Positions 18,297 through 28,521 of a DNA stretch of 64,000 nucleotides are shown here, one piece after another (the stretch's first letter is position 1; the number at the start of each line of letters is the position of its first letter). The stretch is taken from positions 711-64,710 of the forward strand of contig CAZWCX010000028.1 of assembly GCA_964632945.1 (NCBI GenBank), written 5' to 3'. The notes below the pieces were generated by a model. The model had not been told where the DNA came from. It searched no databases and worked only from the letters and a program-made list of their open reading frames with translations. A program made the translations under genes and the position numbers. Source of the DNA: an uncultured Planctomycetia bacterium. GTDB lineage: Bacteria; Planctomycetota; MHYJ01; WSZJ01; CAZWCX01.

Positions 18297-18668
18297 CCGG
18301 AGCTAAAGTGTTTGGCAATCAGCCGCGGTTGCGCAAAGCTAGGTTTCGCCAAGACAATCCGCAACTGCCGAGATTCCTCTTGACAGCGTTTCTGGGAAGT
18401 CAGGCGGAACGAGAAGTAGGGCGCCTGGCAGGATCGAAGGGACGGTGTAGGACATGTTCCGTCCTTGTCGGGAGACGCGCGCACCGCTGGTCATGGCCCA
18501 GCGGAGCCACTTCTTTGCGCCGGGTGTAGATACACCCGATACGCCGAAAAGCTGACGCAAGTCCGCAATAATCGGCGAGAATCTGTTATTGCGCTGTGAG
18601 TAGCCAGTGTGGTACAAAGACAGTCGTTCTCGAGGTTACGGCCAATTCGCGTTCGGTTCGTGCACTGA

Positions 18669-18712
18669 ATGGGGTTCAAGAGGTCGCAGGTTCAAATCCT
18701 GTCGCCCCGACT
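18669..18712 (+). other. tRNA-like T-arm plus acceptor 3' strand (possible tRNA 3' fragment or att remnant)
   Basis: Sequence gcagg-TTCAAAT-cctgt then cgccccg-a matches a T-stem, a 7-nt T-loop and an acceptor 3' strand. No complementary 5' acceptor strand was found within 90 nt upstream. Confidence 0.35.
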
Positions 18713-18860
18713 TCCCTGGAAGCCAAGCCGAACGCGGGTTCCCGCATTCCCACCCCGATCAACCGATTCACCCCTCCTCCGGGCCCCGCGCGCACCCTTG
18801 ACCCCCTCCGCCCGGCGCGGTATGGTCACCCCCTTCCGTGGTCCCCGTCGGAGGCTGCCC

Positions 18861-19784
18861 ATGAACCGCTTCCCGCTCTTCGCCGCCCTCGTCGGCGCGC
18901 TCCTCGCCGTCGCGGCCCTTTTCGTCTCCCAGGGGGCGCGCAACGAGGTTGCCGATCTTCGTGCCGCCCCGCCCGCCAAGGATCCGGCGCTCGAGAAGCT
19001 CTCCGCCCGGATCGATGCGCTCACCGAGGAAGTGCGCGGCCTTCGCGAGGGGCGGCAGGCCGTGGACGAGCGCGTGGGGGCGCTCGAGCGCGACCTCGCG
19101 CTCGCCCGCCAGGCGATCGAGCGGCAGGCGCAGGCCCTCGAGGCCGCGACCCTCACCCCCGCCCGGCCGGTCGAGCCCGCCGCTGCGCCCGATGCCGCCC
19201 GCGAGGCCGAGAAGCGCGCCGCGGCCAAGGCCGAGTTCGACCTCTTGCGCAAGAAGGTGTTTTCCGGCGAGGCGACCGCGGAGGAGTCGGAGCGCTTCTG
19301 GGAATTGGCGCGCACCTCCGGTGCGCTGGCCGAGGTCATCCAGGAACTGGCGCAGAAAGTCGAGCAGGTCCCGGCGGACGTGAATGCCCGCATGCAGCTC
19401 GCCCAGGCGTATCTGGCCAAGCTCTTGTCGGTGCCGGACGGTCCGGAGCGCGGCACCTGGGCGATGCGGGCCGAGGGGCAGTGGCAGAAGGTCTTGGAGT
19501 TGGACGGTGCGCACTGGGAAGCGCGCTACTCCCTCGCGGTGTCGTGGAGCTACTGGCCGGAGCAGTTCAACAAGACGCCGGACGCGATCCGCCAGTTCGA
19601 AATGCTGCGTGAACAGCAGACGCGGATGGCCCCGGATCCGGAGCAGGCGAACGTCTACCTCACGCTGGCGATGCTGTACCGGAAGATGGGGAATCACGAG
19701 AAGGCGCGCGGGGCGTTGGAAGAGGGTCTGGCGCGGCACGCGGGACACGATGGACTGAAGAAAGCGCTCGAGGCCGGGCGGTAG
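18861..19784 (+). CDS. membrane-anchored coiled-coil/TPR-like protein
   Basis: Internal Met (MNRFPLFAALVGALLAVAALFV) of ORF 18669..19784. One N-terminal TM helix, a coiled-coil and a C-terminal TPR-like region. Confidence 0.55.
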   Translation: MNRFPLFAALVGALLAVAALFVSQGARNEVADLRAAPPAKDPALEKLSARIDALTEEVRGLREGRQAVDERVGALERDLALARQAIERQAQALEAATLTPARPVEPAAAPDAAREAEKRAAAKAEFDLLRKKVFSGEATAEESERFWELARTSGALAEVIQELAQKVEQVPADVNARMQLAQAYLAKLLSVPDGPERGTWAMRAEGQWQKVLELDGAHWEARYSLAVSWSYWPEQFNKTPDAIRQFEMLREQQTRMAPDPEQANVYLTLAMLYRKMGNHEKARGALEEGLARHAGHDGLKKALEAGR

Positions 19785-19815
19785 CGCGTGCGCCGGGCGG
19801 GGGAGGAGGCCGGAG

Positions 19816-20478
19816 ATGCGACGCTGGAAGTGTCCCGGGTGCGCGGCCGAGCATGCCCGCCCGCCGCAATGGGATCTGCTGCGCGAGGCGCGGGAGAACG
19901 ACGCGGTGGTCCTGGCGATGGTGCAGAGCCGGGACGTCCCCTGCCCGGCTTGCGGGCGCACCGTCGACATCGAACAGGTTGCGAACGGCCGCTATGACGT
20001 GGAGACGTCGCCGGCGAACCGGATCGATTGCCTTGCCGGGGAACCCTGCCGATTCTGTTCGGGTCCGGCGGACGACCCAGCCAACGCGGCGCGGGTGCAC
20101 TTTCAGCGGAGCGGCGGTGGAGACGGGGAGCTGGAGCTCTGCGTGCCCCGCTGCGCCGAGTGCCGCCGGGCCCACGATCGCGTGGAGCAGGTCGGTTGCG
20201 GTTTCGGGGCGATCGGCGGGTTGGCGGTGGTCGGGTACATCGTCCACACCTTCCTGACGACGGGAAAGGACTTCAACGACGAACCCGTAGGCTGGGGGGG
20301 CGTGCTGGCCGCGTCGCTGTTCCTGGGCGGGGTGTCGGGTGCGATCTCCTTGTTCCTCGGCCGCGGCGTGGGGGTCCTCTTCCGGCCCTCGCGCGTGCGA
20401 CGCGAGGCGGACAAATTCGAGCACCCTCGCGTGAAGGAACTCGAAGAGCTGGGTTGGGAAGCGAACCGCAACGCGTAG
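19816..20478 (+). CDS. zinc-ribbon (multiple CxxC) protein with C-terminal TM helices
   Basis: 220 aa with several CxxC pairs followed by two hydrophobic segments. Confidence 0.5.
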   Translation: MRRWKCPGCAAEHARPPQWDLLREARENDAVVLAMVQSRDVPCPACGRTVDIEQVANGRYDVETSPANRIDCLAGEPCRFCSGPADDPANAARVHFQRSGGGDGELELCVPRCAECRRAHDRVEQVGCGFGAIGGLAVVGYIVHTFLTTGKDFNDEPVGWGGVLAASLFLGGVSGAISLFLGRGVGVLFRPSRVRREADKFEHPRVKELEELGWEANRNA

Positions 20479-20526
20479 GCGGCGCCGACGGGGCCGGGCC
20501 GCGGGGGACGGCGGTCCGCCGCCCCG

Positions 20527-21084
20527 CTACTTGTCCGCCCCGTCGCCCCCGCCTTCGGATTTCGGCGCGGGCGGGGTCGCAAAGCGCGCGCGCAGGCGGT
20601 CGAGCGTGAGGCGATTGCCGCGCTCGAAGAAGCCCCGCATCTTCCGCGACTCCTCCGAGTCGGTGAACCCGTGGCCCACGCAGCGGACCCGCGTCTCGTT
20701 CGGGCCGAGTTCGTCGAAGTACATCACCGTCCACATCGATTGGACGGCAACGGGAAAAGGGAACCCCTGGGGCGGCTTGGCTACCTGGAGGGAGAACATG
20801 CGCCCGGGGTCGAAGCTGAGGATGCGATTCTCGATCGTCCCGGCGTCGCCCAGCGTCCCCTTGGGATCGTAATGGGTGCGCATGACCCCTCCGATCCGCA
20901 GGTCGATCTCGGCATGGGCGACCATCCAGGACTCCATGCCTTCCTTGGTCGTCATCGCGGACCAGACGTCCGCCACGGACGCCGGGACCACGACTTCCTG
21001 GTGCAAGGGGCCCGAGTCCTGGGCGGGGGCGACGGCGGCGGCGAGGAACAGGAGCAGGAGGGGGAGCGGGAAGTGCGGACGCAT
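20527..21084 (-). CDS. secreted SRPBCC/AHSA1-like domain protein
   Basis: Internal Met with a signal peptide (MRPHFPLPLLLLFLAAAVAPAQD) followed by an AHSA1-like domain. Confidence 0.55.
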   Translation of the reverse strand: MRPHFPLPLLLLFLAAAVAPAQDSGPLHQEVVVPASVADVWSAMTTKEGMESWMVAHAEIDLRIGGVMRTHYDPKGTLGDAGTIENRILSFDPGRMFSLQVAKPPQGFPFPVAVQSMWTVMYFDELGPNETRVRCVGHGFTDSEESRKMRGFFERGNRLTLDRLRARFATPPAPKSEGGGDGADK

Positions 21085-21239
21085 TAGGCGACTCCTCTGC
21101 AGGCCGGGTCGGGCGCCGGGATGGGGCGGGTGACCTGTCGCGCGGACGGTACGCCGGGCGGGGCGTCGCGGGCAAGCGATATCCGGCCCGAGCACATCCC
21201 TCATTTCCGGGGCGCTGCGCGCGCGGGGGCTCGCCCCGA

Positions 21240-22205
21240 TCAACCTCCCCACGTCTCTTCCGCGAGCAGCGCCTCGATGTGAGGTCCCCAGCGGTGGTCC
21301 TCGAAGCGGGGCACTTCCAGCGCTTCCCGTAAGATCAGGTGCGAGTACCGGGTCGCCCCCATGTCGCGGAGGAGGAGCGCCATGCCGATCAGGGAGAGGA
21401 ACCGGATCTCCCAGGGCAGGGCCGCCCGCCGTTGCGGGTTCATCGTCCCGCCGAGCGTGTACTCGTATCCGCCGGCGATGGCCTCGGCGTCCGCGTATCC
21501 CTGCTCGAAGAAGGCCAGCGCCCCCCGGTCTTCGCGCGCATCCAGTCGTCGCACTCCCTCCAAAACCGGATGGTAGAGCAGGACCTTGTCGGCGGGGGGC
21601 GCGCCGGGCCGGTGGGCGAGTTGGATGAGGGTGTCGCCCAGGTGGAGGCGTGCCTCGAGCAGCAGCGCATGCCCTGCGACCCGGCGTGGCGGGACCTTGA
21701 GGGCATGGGGGTAAGCGACCGCCGCCCAGGACGGACGATTCGCGCCGAGCGAGAACAGCACGGCGAGGCTGTGGACCTCAGCGGCCCCCCGATCCAGGTC
21801 CCGGGCGCGCGCCAGGTGGTAGCGGGCGCGCACACGGTCGATCGGGGGTCGCAGGTACTCCCGTGCCGCCAGGAGGTGGCCGTCGAACTCGTTGCGGTGG
21901 TGCTTCGTGATGCGGCGCAGGAGTTCCCGGCCGGACGCGATCCGGCGCTCCTGCAAAAGCTGTCTTGCCTGGTAGACGTGCCCCGGCGGGTGATCCCGGT
22001 TGTGCAGTCGATCCCACCAACCCGCCGGCGGCACGTCGAACGGCCCGTAGCGGATGCGCGCGTGGTCCTGGGGCGGTTCCCGCCCTGCCGCCACCTGCGC
22101 GCGGACGAAGTGGAGGATGGTGCGGAACGGCAGGGGGGAGTTGCAGCCCAGACAACTATCCAGGCCGGGGCCCAACTCGAGTCCGCAGGTGGGGCAGCGG
22201 TGCAT
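21240..22205 (-). CDS. hypothetical protein with N-terminal zinc ribbon (CPTCG...CLGC)
   Basis: 321-aa ORF with no family assigned. Confidence 0.45.
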   Translation of the reverse strand: MHRCPTCGLELGPGLDSCLGCNSPLPFRTILHFVRAQVAAGREPPQDHARIRYGPFDVPPAGWWDRLHNRDHPPGHVYQARQLLQERRIASGRELLRRITKHHRNEFDGHLLAAREYLRPPIDRVRARYHLARARDLDRGAAEVHSLAVLFSLGANRPSWAAVAYPHALKVPPRRVAGHALLLEARLHLGDTLIQLAHRPGAPPADKVLLYHPVLEGVRRLDAREDRGALAFFEQGYADAEAIAGGYEYTLGGTMNPQRRAALPWEIRFLSLIGMALLLRDMGATRYSHLILREALEVPRFEDHRWGPHIEALLAEETWGG

Positions 22206-22426
22206 GACTCGCTCTCGACCGGGGGTCGACCGGGCCTCGGAGTCGGGAACTCACCCACCGGCATTCTACCGCGTGAAGGATGGGAAAGGAAAGCGGGGAT
22301 GAAGCGATGCGAGGGCAGGGGGTCGGGATCGGCCCGGCGCTCCGTCGCCGGGAGGCGCGGGGCGGTGCCGGCCGGGGATCCGGGAAGTTCCGTCGCGCTT
22401 GCATCGCCCCCTGCTCGAATGTCAGG

Positions 22427-25400
22427 ATGACGGCGGTCGATTGCCGGTCCCCGTGCGGATTGCCCGTCATGACGCAGCCCTCGCCGACAGTTCCCGACCC
22501 GCGGTTCGCGTCGCCGCAGCCGTCCGACCCGAAGACGGTCCTGGATGGAGGCTCGGCTCCGACCACGCCGTTGATGCCGGTTCCCGCCGAGACCCTGCGC
22601 GAGGAATGGTTCGCCGGCGGCGCACCTCCCGTGTCGCCGGTCCCTCTGCAGGCGGCGGCGACCGTCCGGGACCCGGCGTTCGTTCCCGCTTCGATCGACG
22701 CGGCGGACCTTTCGACCTCGTCCCCCGAAGCGCTCACCGGGCGCAAGATCGGCAAGTACCGCCTGCTTCGACTCCTCGGTCGCGGCGGCATGGGAGCGGT
22801 CTACCTGGCGGAAGACGAAGATCTGCGGCGCCGGGTGGCGTTGAAGTTCATTCTCAACGGGGCGCTGGCCGGGCAGGAGGAGGAGGAGCGGTTCTTTCGC
22901 GAGGCGCGCGCGGGCGCCCGTCTGCAGCACCCGGGGGTGGTCCCGGTGTACGAGGTCGGACGGGTGGGCACGCTGCCCTATATCGCGATGGCCTACCTGG
23001 AGGGGACGAGTCTCCACGACCTGCTCTGGCAGGGGGCGAATCCGTCGCCCGCCGCGGGGCGGTCCGTCGGTCCGCGCGATCTCCTGCAGATCCTGCGGGA
23101 CACCGCGCAGGCGCTCCACTACATCCACGAGCACGGGATCGTGCATCGCGACCTCAAGCCCGCCAATCTGCTGGTCGACCCTCAGGGGAAGCCGCACATC
23201 CTCGATCTCGGCCTGGCGCGGGACCTGTCGGACGAGAAGCGCGGGCGGCTCACCGCCTCGAAGGACGTCTTCGGCACGCCGGAATTCATGGCCCCGGAGC
23301 AGGCCAGCGGGGGGTCGCGGCAGGCTGATCGTCGCACCGATGTCTTCGCCCTGGGGACCATTCTCTATCACGCCTGGTCGGGGGTGTCCCCGTTCGCCCG
23401 CGACTCGATCATGGGGACGATGGAAGCCGTGGTCGCGCTCGACCCCGAGTCGCCGTCGCGCGCGCGCCGGAGAGCGGGAAGGCCGTGGGCGGAAGCCGAC
23501 CTGGGGGGAATCCGCGAGGTCGACGTGGATACGGTCTGCCTGAAGGCGATGGAGAAGGAACCCGACCGGCGCTATCCGACCGCGCAGATGTTCGCGGAGG
23601 AGATCGACCGCTGTCTTATCGGCGAACCCACGCTGGCGCGGCCGCTCGGACCCGTGGAGCGGGGGCTGCGACGGCTTCGGAAAAACAAGGCATTGGCGGC
23701 GGGATTGGGCGCGGTGCTTCTCGCCCTGGTCGGCGGGGGCGGTTTCGCCGCGAACGAGTTCGCGGCGCGGAAGCGCAGCATGCTCGAGGCCGAGGAGGCG
23801 CGCAAAGCGGCTGCGGAGAACAGCGCCCGGCTCGAGGAAGAGCGGCTCAAGGTGGAGGAGAAGCGACAGCAACTGATCGAGCAACTTCGAAACGTCGCCC
23901 GCCTGGCGCTGATGGGGACGCTCCAGCTGCGTCGTCACGGCGTCCCGGGAGCGGAAGAGACGTTCTTGCCTTCTCTTCAGGAAGCATTCCGATTCGCCAC
24001 CCAACAGGCTCCGGACCTGGCGGAGCCTTACTACCACATGGGCCGAATGCGGCGCGCGCTGCTCCAGTGGGACACCGCCGCCGGCTTGATCGACGAGGCG
24101 CTCGAACGTGCACCGCGGGACGTGCCGTCGCGATACGAGCGAATCGTGCTGCGGGCGCGCGCATGCGCCCTGCGGCTGGTGGAGCGGCGCGCCGAGTGGC
24201 ACCGGCGAAAAGGGGCGGAAGCGGCCGCCGGCGGGGGTGTGGAAGCCGCGCGCGTGAACGTCGGGGATCTGTCGCGGGTCCCGACGGCCGACGACTTCGC
24301 GGGCGCAGACGGACGCATGAAGGAATTGCTCGACGGGCTCCGGCGCGACTTGACCCTGCTGGAAGAGGCTGCTGCGGGGGCGCCGGACCATGCGGCGCGC
24401 CTGGACTGCGCCCGCGCGCTCGTCGCCACCTTTGCCGCCGACGCCGAGCCGAAACAGGTCCGAGAGGGACTGACCCGTGCCCTCGCGGCGGACGGACGGC
24501 TCGAGGAGGCGTACGATGCCCTCGCCCGTCTGGAATCGGCGTCCGGGGATTTCGACGCGGTCATCGAGATCCTGGGTCGCGCGATCGAGGCCGACAAGGG
24601 GTACTTCCCCCATCGACTCCACCGCGCGGCGGCCTTGCGGGATCGGGCAAACGGCCGATACCACCTCGGCGAGGATCCCCGCCCCGACTATCTCGCCGCC
24701 GAGAGCGACTACGACGCGGTCCTCGCGCTCGCTCCCGCAAACCCCGAACCGTGGATCGGCCGCGGCACCGTGCGCTGGCAGATCGGCTCGCGGGAGGACG
24801 AAGTGGGGGAAGACCCGCTGCCCCGCTATGCCGGCGCCGGCGCCGATCTGGACGAGGCTGTGCGGCTCGATCCGGCTTCCGTGGACGCCTGGTTCCAGCG
24901 GGGACAGATGCGATTCCGGGTGGCGATGCACCGTTCCTCGCGCGGAGAGGATCCCGAACCGGACTTTGCGGCCGCCGAGGCGGACTTGACCCGGGCCGTC
25001 GAGCTGGATCCGCTCCATGCCGATGCCTGGTTGGAACGTGGCGTAAACGGGATGCACCGGGCCACCCACGCGACTGCGACCGATCGCGATCCGTGGCCGA
25101 TCCTGGCGCGCGCCGAGGAGGATATGGGGAAGGCCCTCGCGCTGAATCCGGGGTTCGAGTACTCGTGGTGCAGTCGAGGCAATCTTCGGTTCACTTGGGC
25201 GTGGGCCGCCCGCGACGCGGGACGGGATCCCGCGGAGAAGCTCGCCCAGGCGGAGGCCGACTACCACAAGGCCATCGAACTCGGGGGAGTGCTGACGGAG
25301 TCCTGGTACGGTCGCGGAGACGTCCGGAAATTCCGCGGGGACCTGGAGGCCGCGGCCGGGAGAGACCCCGGCGAATGGTACAAGGGCGCGGAGGCCGACT

Positions 25401-25741
25401 ACACTCATGCGCTCGCCTCCGACCCCGGGACCGGGTACACGTGGCGGTCGCGGGCGGAGTTGCGCCTGAGTGCGGGAGACTACCAGGTCGCCCAGGGGAA
25501 GGACGGCAAGTCCGCCTACGCGTCCGCTCTCGAGGACTGCGATCGCGCCGTGGCCATCAACGCCGTGGATACCTATTCCCTGTGTACCCGCGCCCGCGTC
25601 CATTTCGCCCTCGAACGCTGGGCCGAGTGTGTCGCGGATTTCGAGGCCTCGATACGGATCAATCCCCACTACGCCGAATCGTTCCGCGCTACCTGGGACG
25701 AGGCCCGGCGGCGCCTCGCGGAGTCCGGCGCGCCGAAGTGA
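22427..25741 (+). CDS. Ser/Thr protein kinase with long TPR-repeat C-terminal region
   Basis: Kinase motifs GRGGMGAVYLA, VALK, HRDLKPANLL and DLGLA, followed by ~700 aa of TPR-like repeats. The start is uncertain (22427 or 22469). Confidence 0.85.
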   Translation: MTAVDCRSPCGLPVMTQPSPTVPDPRFASPQPSDPKTVLDGGSAPTTPLMPVPAETLREEWFAGGAPPVSPVPLQAAATVRDPAFVPASIDAADLSTSSPEALTGRKIGKYRLLRLLGRGGMGAVYLAEDEDLRRRVALKFILNGALAGQEEEERFFREARAGARLQHPGVVPVYEVGRVGTLPYIAMAYLEGTSLHDLLWQGANPSPAAGRSVGPRDLLQILRDTAQALHYIHEHGIVHRDLKPANLLVDPQGKPHILDLGLARDLSDEKRGRLTASKDVFGTPEFMAPEQASGGSRQADRRTDVFALGTILYHAWSGVSPFARDSIMGTMEAVVALDPESPSRARRRAGRPWAEADLGGIREVDVDTVCLKAMEKEPDRRYPTAQMFAEEIDRCLIGEPTLARPLGPVERGLRRLRKNKALAAGLGAVLLALVGGGGFAANEFAARKRSMLEAEEARKAAAENSARLEEERLKVEEKRQQLIEQLRNVARLALMGTLQLRRHGVPGAEETFLPSLQEAFRFATQQAPDLAEPYYHMGRMRRALLQWDTAAGLIDEALERAPRDVPSRYERIVLRARACALRLVERRAEWHRRKGAEAAAGGGVEAARVNVGDLSRVPTADDFAGADGRMKELLDGLRRDLTLLEEAAAGAPDHAARLDCARALVATFAADAEPKQVREGLTRALAADGRLEEAYDALARLESASGDFDAVIEILGRAIEADKGYFPHRLHRAAALRDRANGRYHLGEDPRPDYLAAESDYDAVLALAPANPEPWIGRGTVRWQIGSREDEVGEDPLPRYAGAGADLDEAVRLDPASVDAWFQRGQMRFRVAMHRSSRGEDPEPDFAAAEADLTRAVELDPLHADAWLERGVNGMHRATHATATDRDPWPILARAEEDMGKALALNPGFEYSWCSRGNLRFTWAWAARDAGRDPAEKLAQAEADYHKAIELGGVLTESWYGRGDVRKFRGDLEAAAGRDPGEWYKGAEADYTHALASDPGTGYTWRSRAELRLSAGDYQVAQGKDGKSAYASALEDCDRAVAINAVDTYSLCTRARVHFALERWAECVADFEASIRINPHYAESFRATWDEARRRLAESGAPK

Positions 25742-25866
25742 CCCGGGAGCAGGAACGCGGCCGGGATGCACCGAGGGGGACTCCCCCCGGGCGTCGCGCC
25801 CCTTCCGTGAAACCCCGCCGCGCTTCGCCCGGTATCCCCGGAGGTCCGCCGGAAGGAGTCGATGCG

Positions 25867-27495
25867 ATGGCGAGATTCGGATGGTGTTCATGGACCGCCG
25901 TGGTCCTGGTGATCTTCGGCTCGATTCCGGTCCGCGGGGCGTGGGCCCAGGAAGACGGCACCGCCGCGCCGCCGGCGGTTTCCTGGCGCGCCGAGATGCG
26001 CGACGTGGCCATTCCCATGCGCGACGGGAAGTCGCTCGCCGCAGACGTCTACCTTCCGCCGCGCGCAGGCAGGTATCCCGCCGTCCTGATCCAGACGCCG
26101 TACGACAAGAAACGGCTGGGCGCGCCGATCGCGGAGACGACCCCCACCCCCGGCGTCGCCGCCCGCGGGGCCCTCTCGGACTACCGGGGATTGCTCGACC
26201 GGGAGCACTACGCCTATGTGATCGTGGATTGGCGCGGGTTCTACGCCTCGCGACCCGCGAAGGTCGCGGCCCGGCCGGGGAAGTGGCGCCGCGGCATGGA
26301 TGGGTACGATTGCGTGGAGTGGGTCGCCGCCCAGTCCTGGTGCGACGGCAAGGTCGGCACCTGGGGGGGCAGCGCGCTCGGCCGCGTGCAGTTCGACACG
26401 GCGATGGAGCAACCGCCGCACCTGGTCTGCAGCGTCCCCCTGATTGCGCCGCTTGGCCAGGAGTACGAGCAGTATTACGAGGGCGGCATCCCGCTCGAAG
26501 CCCACGTCAAAGGGCTCGACTTTCTCGGATTCGAAGCCTCCGGCCGGGTGCGCAGTTCGGCGCGCCCGGACGATCCGCTATGGACGCTCGCCCGACGTTT
26601 GACCTATCACCCGGAACGAATCGAAGTCCCGTGCCTGTTCATCACCGGCTGGTGGGACAACTTCCCGGACCTGATCCTGAAGGCGTTCGAGGATCTGGTG
26701 GCACAAGGCGGGCCGGCCGCGCGGACGCACTCGCGCATGCTGGTCGGACCCTGGGACCATGTCTCCATCGGCGTGTCGGATCAGGGAGAGCGGAAGTTTC
26801 CCGGCGCGGAGCTCGAATCGGCCCGCATGGCGCAGCAATTCTTCGACCGGTTCCTGCGGGGCGTGGAAAACGGCTGGGAGGAGGTGCCGCGACTCCGGTA
26901 CTGGTCGATCGACGAGGAAGGCTGGCGTGAAGCGGAGAGCTGGTCCGGGATCCAGCGCGGGGTCCTCACCCCCGCCGTGTCCGGAAGCCGTTGGGAGTAC
27001 CGCAACGACCCGAAGAAGCCGACCCCGACGCTGGGGGGCGCGAACCTGCCTCCGCTCAAGCACGGCCCATGGGACCAAGGCGCCCTGGAACAGAGAGAGG
27101 ACGTGTTGACCTGGGCGACCGGCCCGTTCGAGACGCCGGTTCGGGTGGCCGGCAACGTCGAGCTTTCCTTCGAGTTCAAGGCCGATCGGGCGACCTGCGA
27201 CTTTCTCGTGCGCCTTTGCTCGGTCGACGCGGACGGGAAGCCGATGCTCCTGGCCGATGTTGGACGACGGGTGCGCGGAATCGAGCCGGGAGTCACCGGC
27301 CGGGTTCGACTGCGGTTTCCGGCCCTCGCCTTCGCCGCCCGCGAACTGCGCCTTTACGTCGCCTCCACCCACTGGCCGCGTTACGAGCGCAATCCGCACA
27401 CTGGGGCGGACTTCTGGGACGAGGCCGCCGCGCTTCCACTGAGTGTCGTGATCGAGCCGGACTCCGTGGAATTGCGATTGCCGACGGCCCCCTAG
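25867..27495 (+). CDS. CocE/NonD (X-Pro dipeptidyl-peptidase S15) family hydrolase, secreted
   Basis: Internal ATG at 25867 (MARFGW...) with a signal peptide. The family was recognised from the translation. The preceding 790 aa of ORF 23485..27495 is antisense and low-complexity. Confidence 0.75.
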   Translation: MARFGWCSWTAVVLVIFGSIPVRGAWAQEDGTAAPPAVSWRAEMRDVAIPMRDGKSLAADVYLPPRAGRYPAVLIQTPYDKKRLGAPIAETTPTPGVAARGALSDYRGLLDREHYAYVIVDWRGFYASRPAKVAARPGKWRRGMDGYDCVEWVAAQSWCDGKVGTWGGSALGRVQFDTAMEQPPHLVCSVPLIAPLGQEYEQYYEGGIPLEAHVKGLDFLGFEASGRVRSSARPDDPLWTLARRLTYHPERIEVPCLFITGWWDNFPDLILKAFEDLVAQGGPAARTHSRMLVGPWDHVSIGVSDQGERKFPGAELESARMAQQFFDRFLRGVENGWEEVPRLRYWSIDEEGWREAESWSGIQRGVLTPAVSGSRWEYRNDPKKPTPTLGGANLPPLKHGPWDQGALEQREDVLTWATGPFETPVRVAGNVELSFEFKADRATCDFLVRLCSVDADGKPMLLADVGRRVRGIEPGVTGRVRLRFPALAFAARELRLYVASTHWPRYERNPHTGADFWDEAAALPLSVVIEPDSVELRLPTAP

Positions 27496-27694
27496 CCCCG
27501 ATCGCTTGCGAACGGGTTCGCCGTTCGCCCCGCCGGCCTGGCTGCCGACGCAGCCGGGTGGCCCTCCACGACACCGACGGGATTGCCACGCCGGGTGAGA
27601 AGCGCTAGAATCGCCCCCCGCAAGTCCGGTCGGAGGCCCGTCGCCTCGCCGCCGGCGGCGGAAGGCCGGCTACCCAGGAATATAGAGGGAGGGA

Positions 27695-28300
27695 GTGTTC
27701 ATGAAGCGACTTCTCGGGTTCGCAATCGTGCTGGCATTCGGCGCCGGCGTCGTCTTGGCCGAAGATCACCCCAAGGAGCATCCCAAAGGGGAACACCCGA
27801 AGGGCGAACACCCCAAGAACGGGGACCCCGCCGCGGGCGAGCACCCGAAGGCGCCCTCCCATCCCGGATTCGAGGCATTGAAGGGCCTGGCCGGGAACTG
27901 GACCGGGACGTTCGAAAGCGGCCCGGACAAGGGCGAAGCGACGGTGAATTACAAGGTGACGGCCGGCGGGAACGCCGTCGAGGAGACGATTTTCGTGGGT
28001 ACCCCGCATGAAATGGTGACCCTGTATTTCGTCGAAGGCGGTTCCTTGAAACTGACCCACTACTGTGCGATCGGGAACCGCCCGACCATGGTGTGCGCAC
28101 CGGTCGCACCCGAGGCCGGCAAGCCGACCGTCCTGCGGTTTGCCTGCGCGCCGGGTGACGCCCTCGAAGCCCAGCCGCATATGCACAGCGGCGAGTTCAG
28201 CATCGCCGATGCCGACCACGTGTCCGTCTCCTGGTCGATGTTCGTCAACGGCAAGGCTGCGGGCGATCCGAAGAAACTGTCGCTGACGCGCACCAAGTAG
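27695..28300 (+). CDS. secreted protein with (D/E)HPKG tandem repeats
   Basis: Signal peptide, then EHPKEHPKGEHPKGEHPKNG...GEHPK, then a ~140-aa beta-rich domain. SD gggaggga lies upstream. Confidence 0.6.
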   Translation: MFMKRLLGFAIVLAFGAGVVLAEDHPKEHPKGEHPKGEHPKNGDPAAGEHPKAPSHPGFEALKGLAGNWTGTFESGPDKGEATVNYKVTAGGNAVEETIFVGTPHEMVTLYFVEGGSLKLTHYCAIGNRPTMVCAPVAPEAGKPTVLRFACAPGDALEAQPHMHSGEFSIADADHVSVSWSMFVNGKAAGDPKKLSLTRTK

Positions 28301-28521
28301 TGGAGCCGGCCGGCAGGGGTGCGGCGGGCGCCCGTGCCGGCCTCTCCGCCTCGATGGCGCTGTCGTCGGATCCCCCTGGGCCCGGGCTCCCCCGGGCCTA
28401 CCGCTGCGTGGGAGGAAGACGGGACTCTGCGCGCTGGAACGTCCGTCGTGCAGGTCCCGCCCGGCCATCGCTCGTTCCGTGGCTCGGGTCCGTGATTCTG
28501 GTTCCCCTTGGGGAGGTTGTC

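Noticed and set aside
18410-18712. Possible tmRNA (ssrA): 5' segment gggcgcc-tggcaggatcgaagggacgg resembles the tmRNA 5' GGGGCUG-AUUCUGGAUUCGACGGG, and the 3' end has a T-arm
   Set aside because: The putative 5' and 3' acceptor strands do not base-pair. The total length (~300 nt) is short, and no tag-peptide reading frame ending in ...ALAA/LAA-stop is present between them.
23485-25866. 5' 790 aa of the 1336-aa plus ORF 23485..27495
   Set aside because: Overlaps the kinase gene in another frame with Arg/Gly/Pro-rich nonsense. The real gene starts at the signal-peptide Met at 25867.
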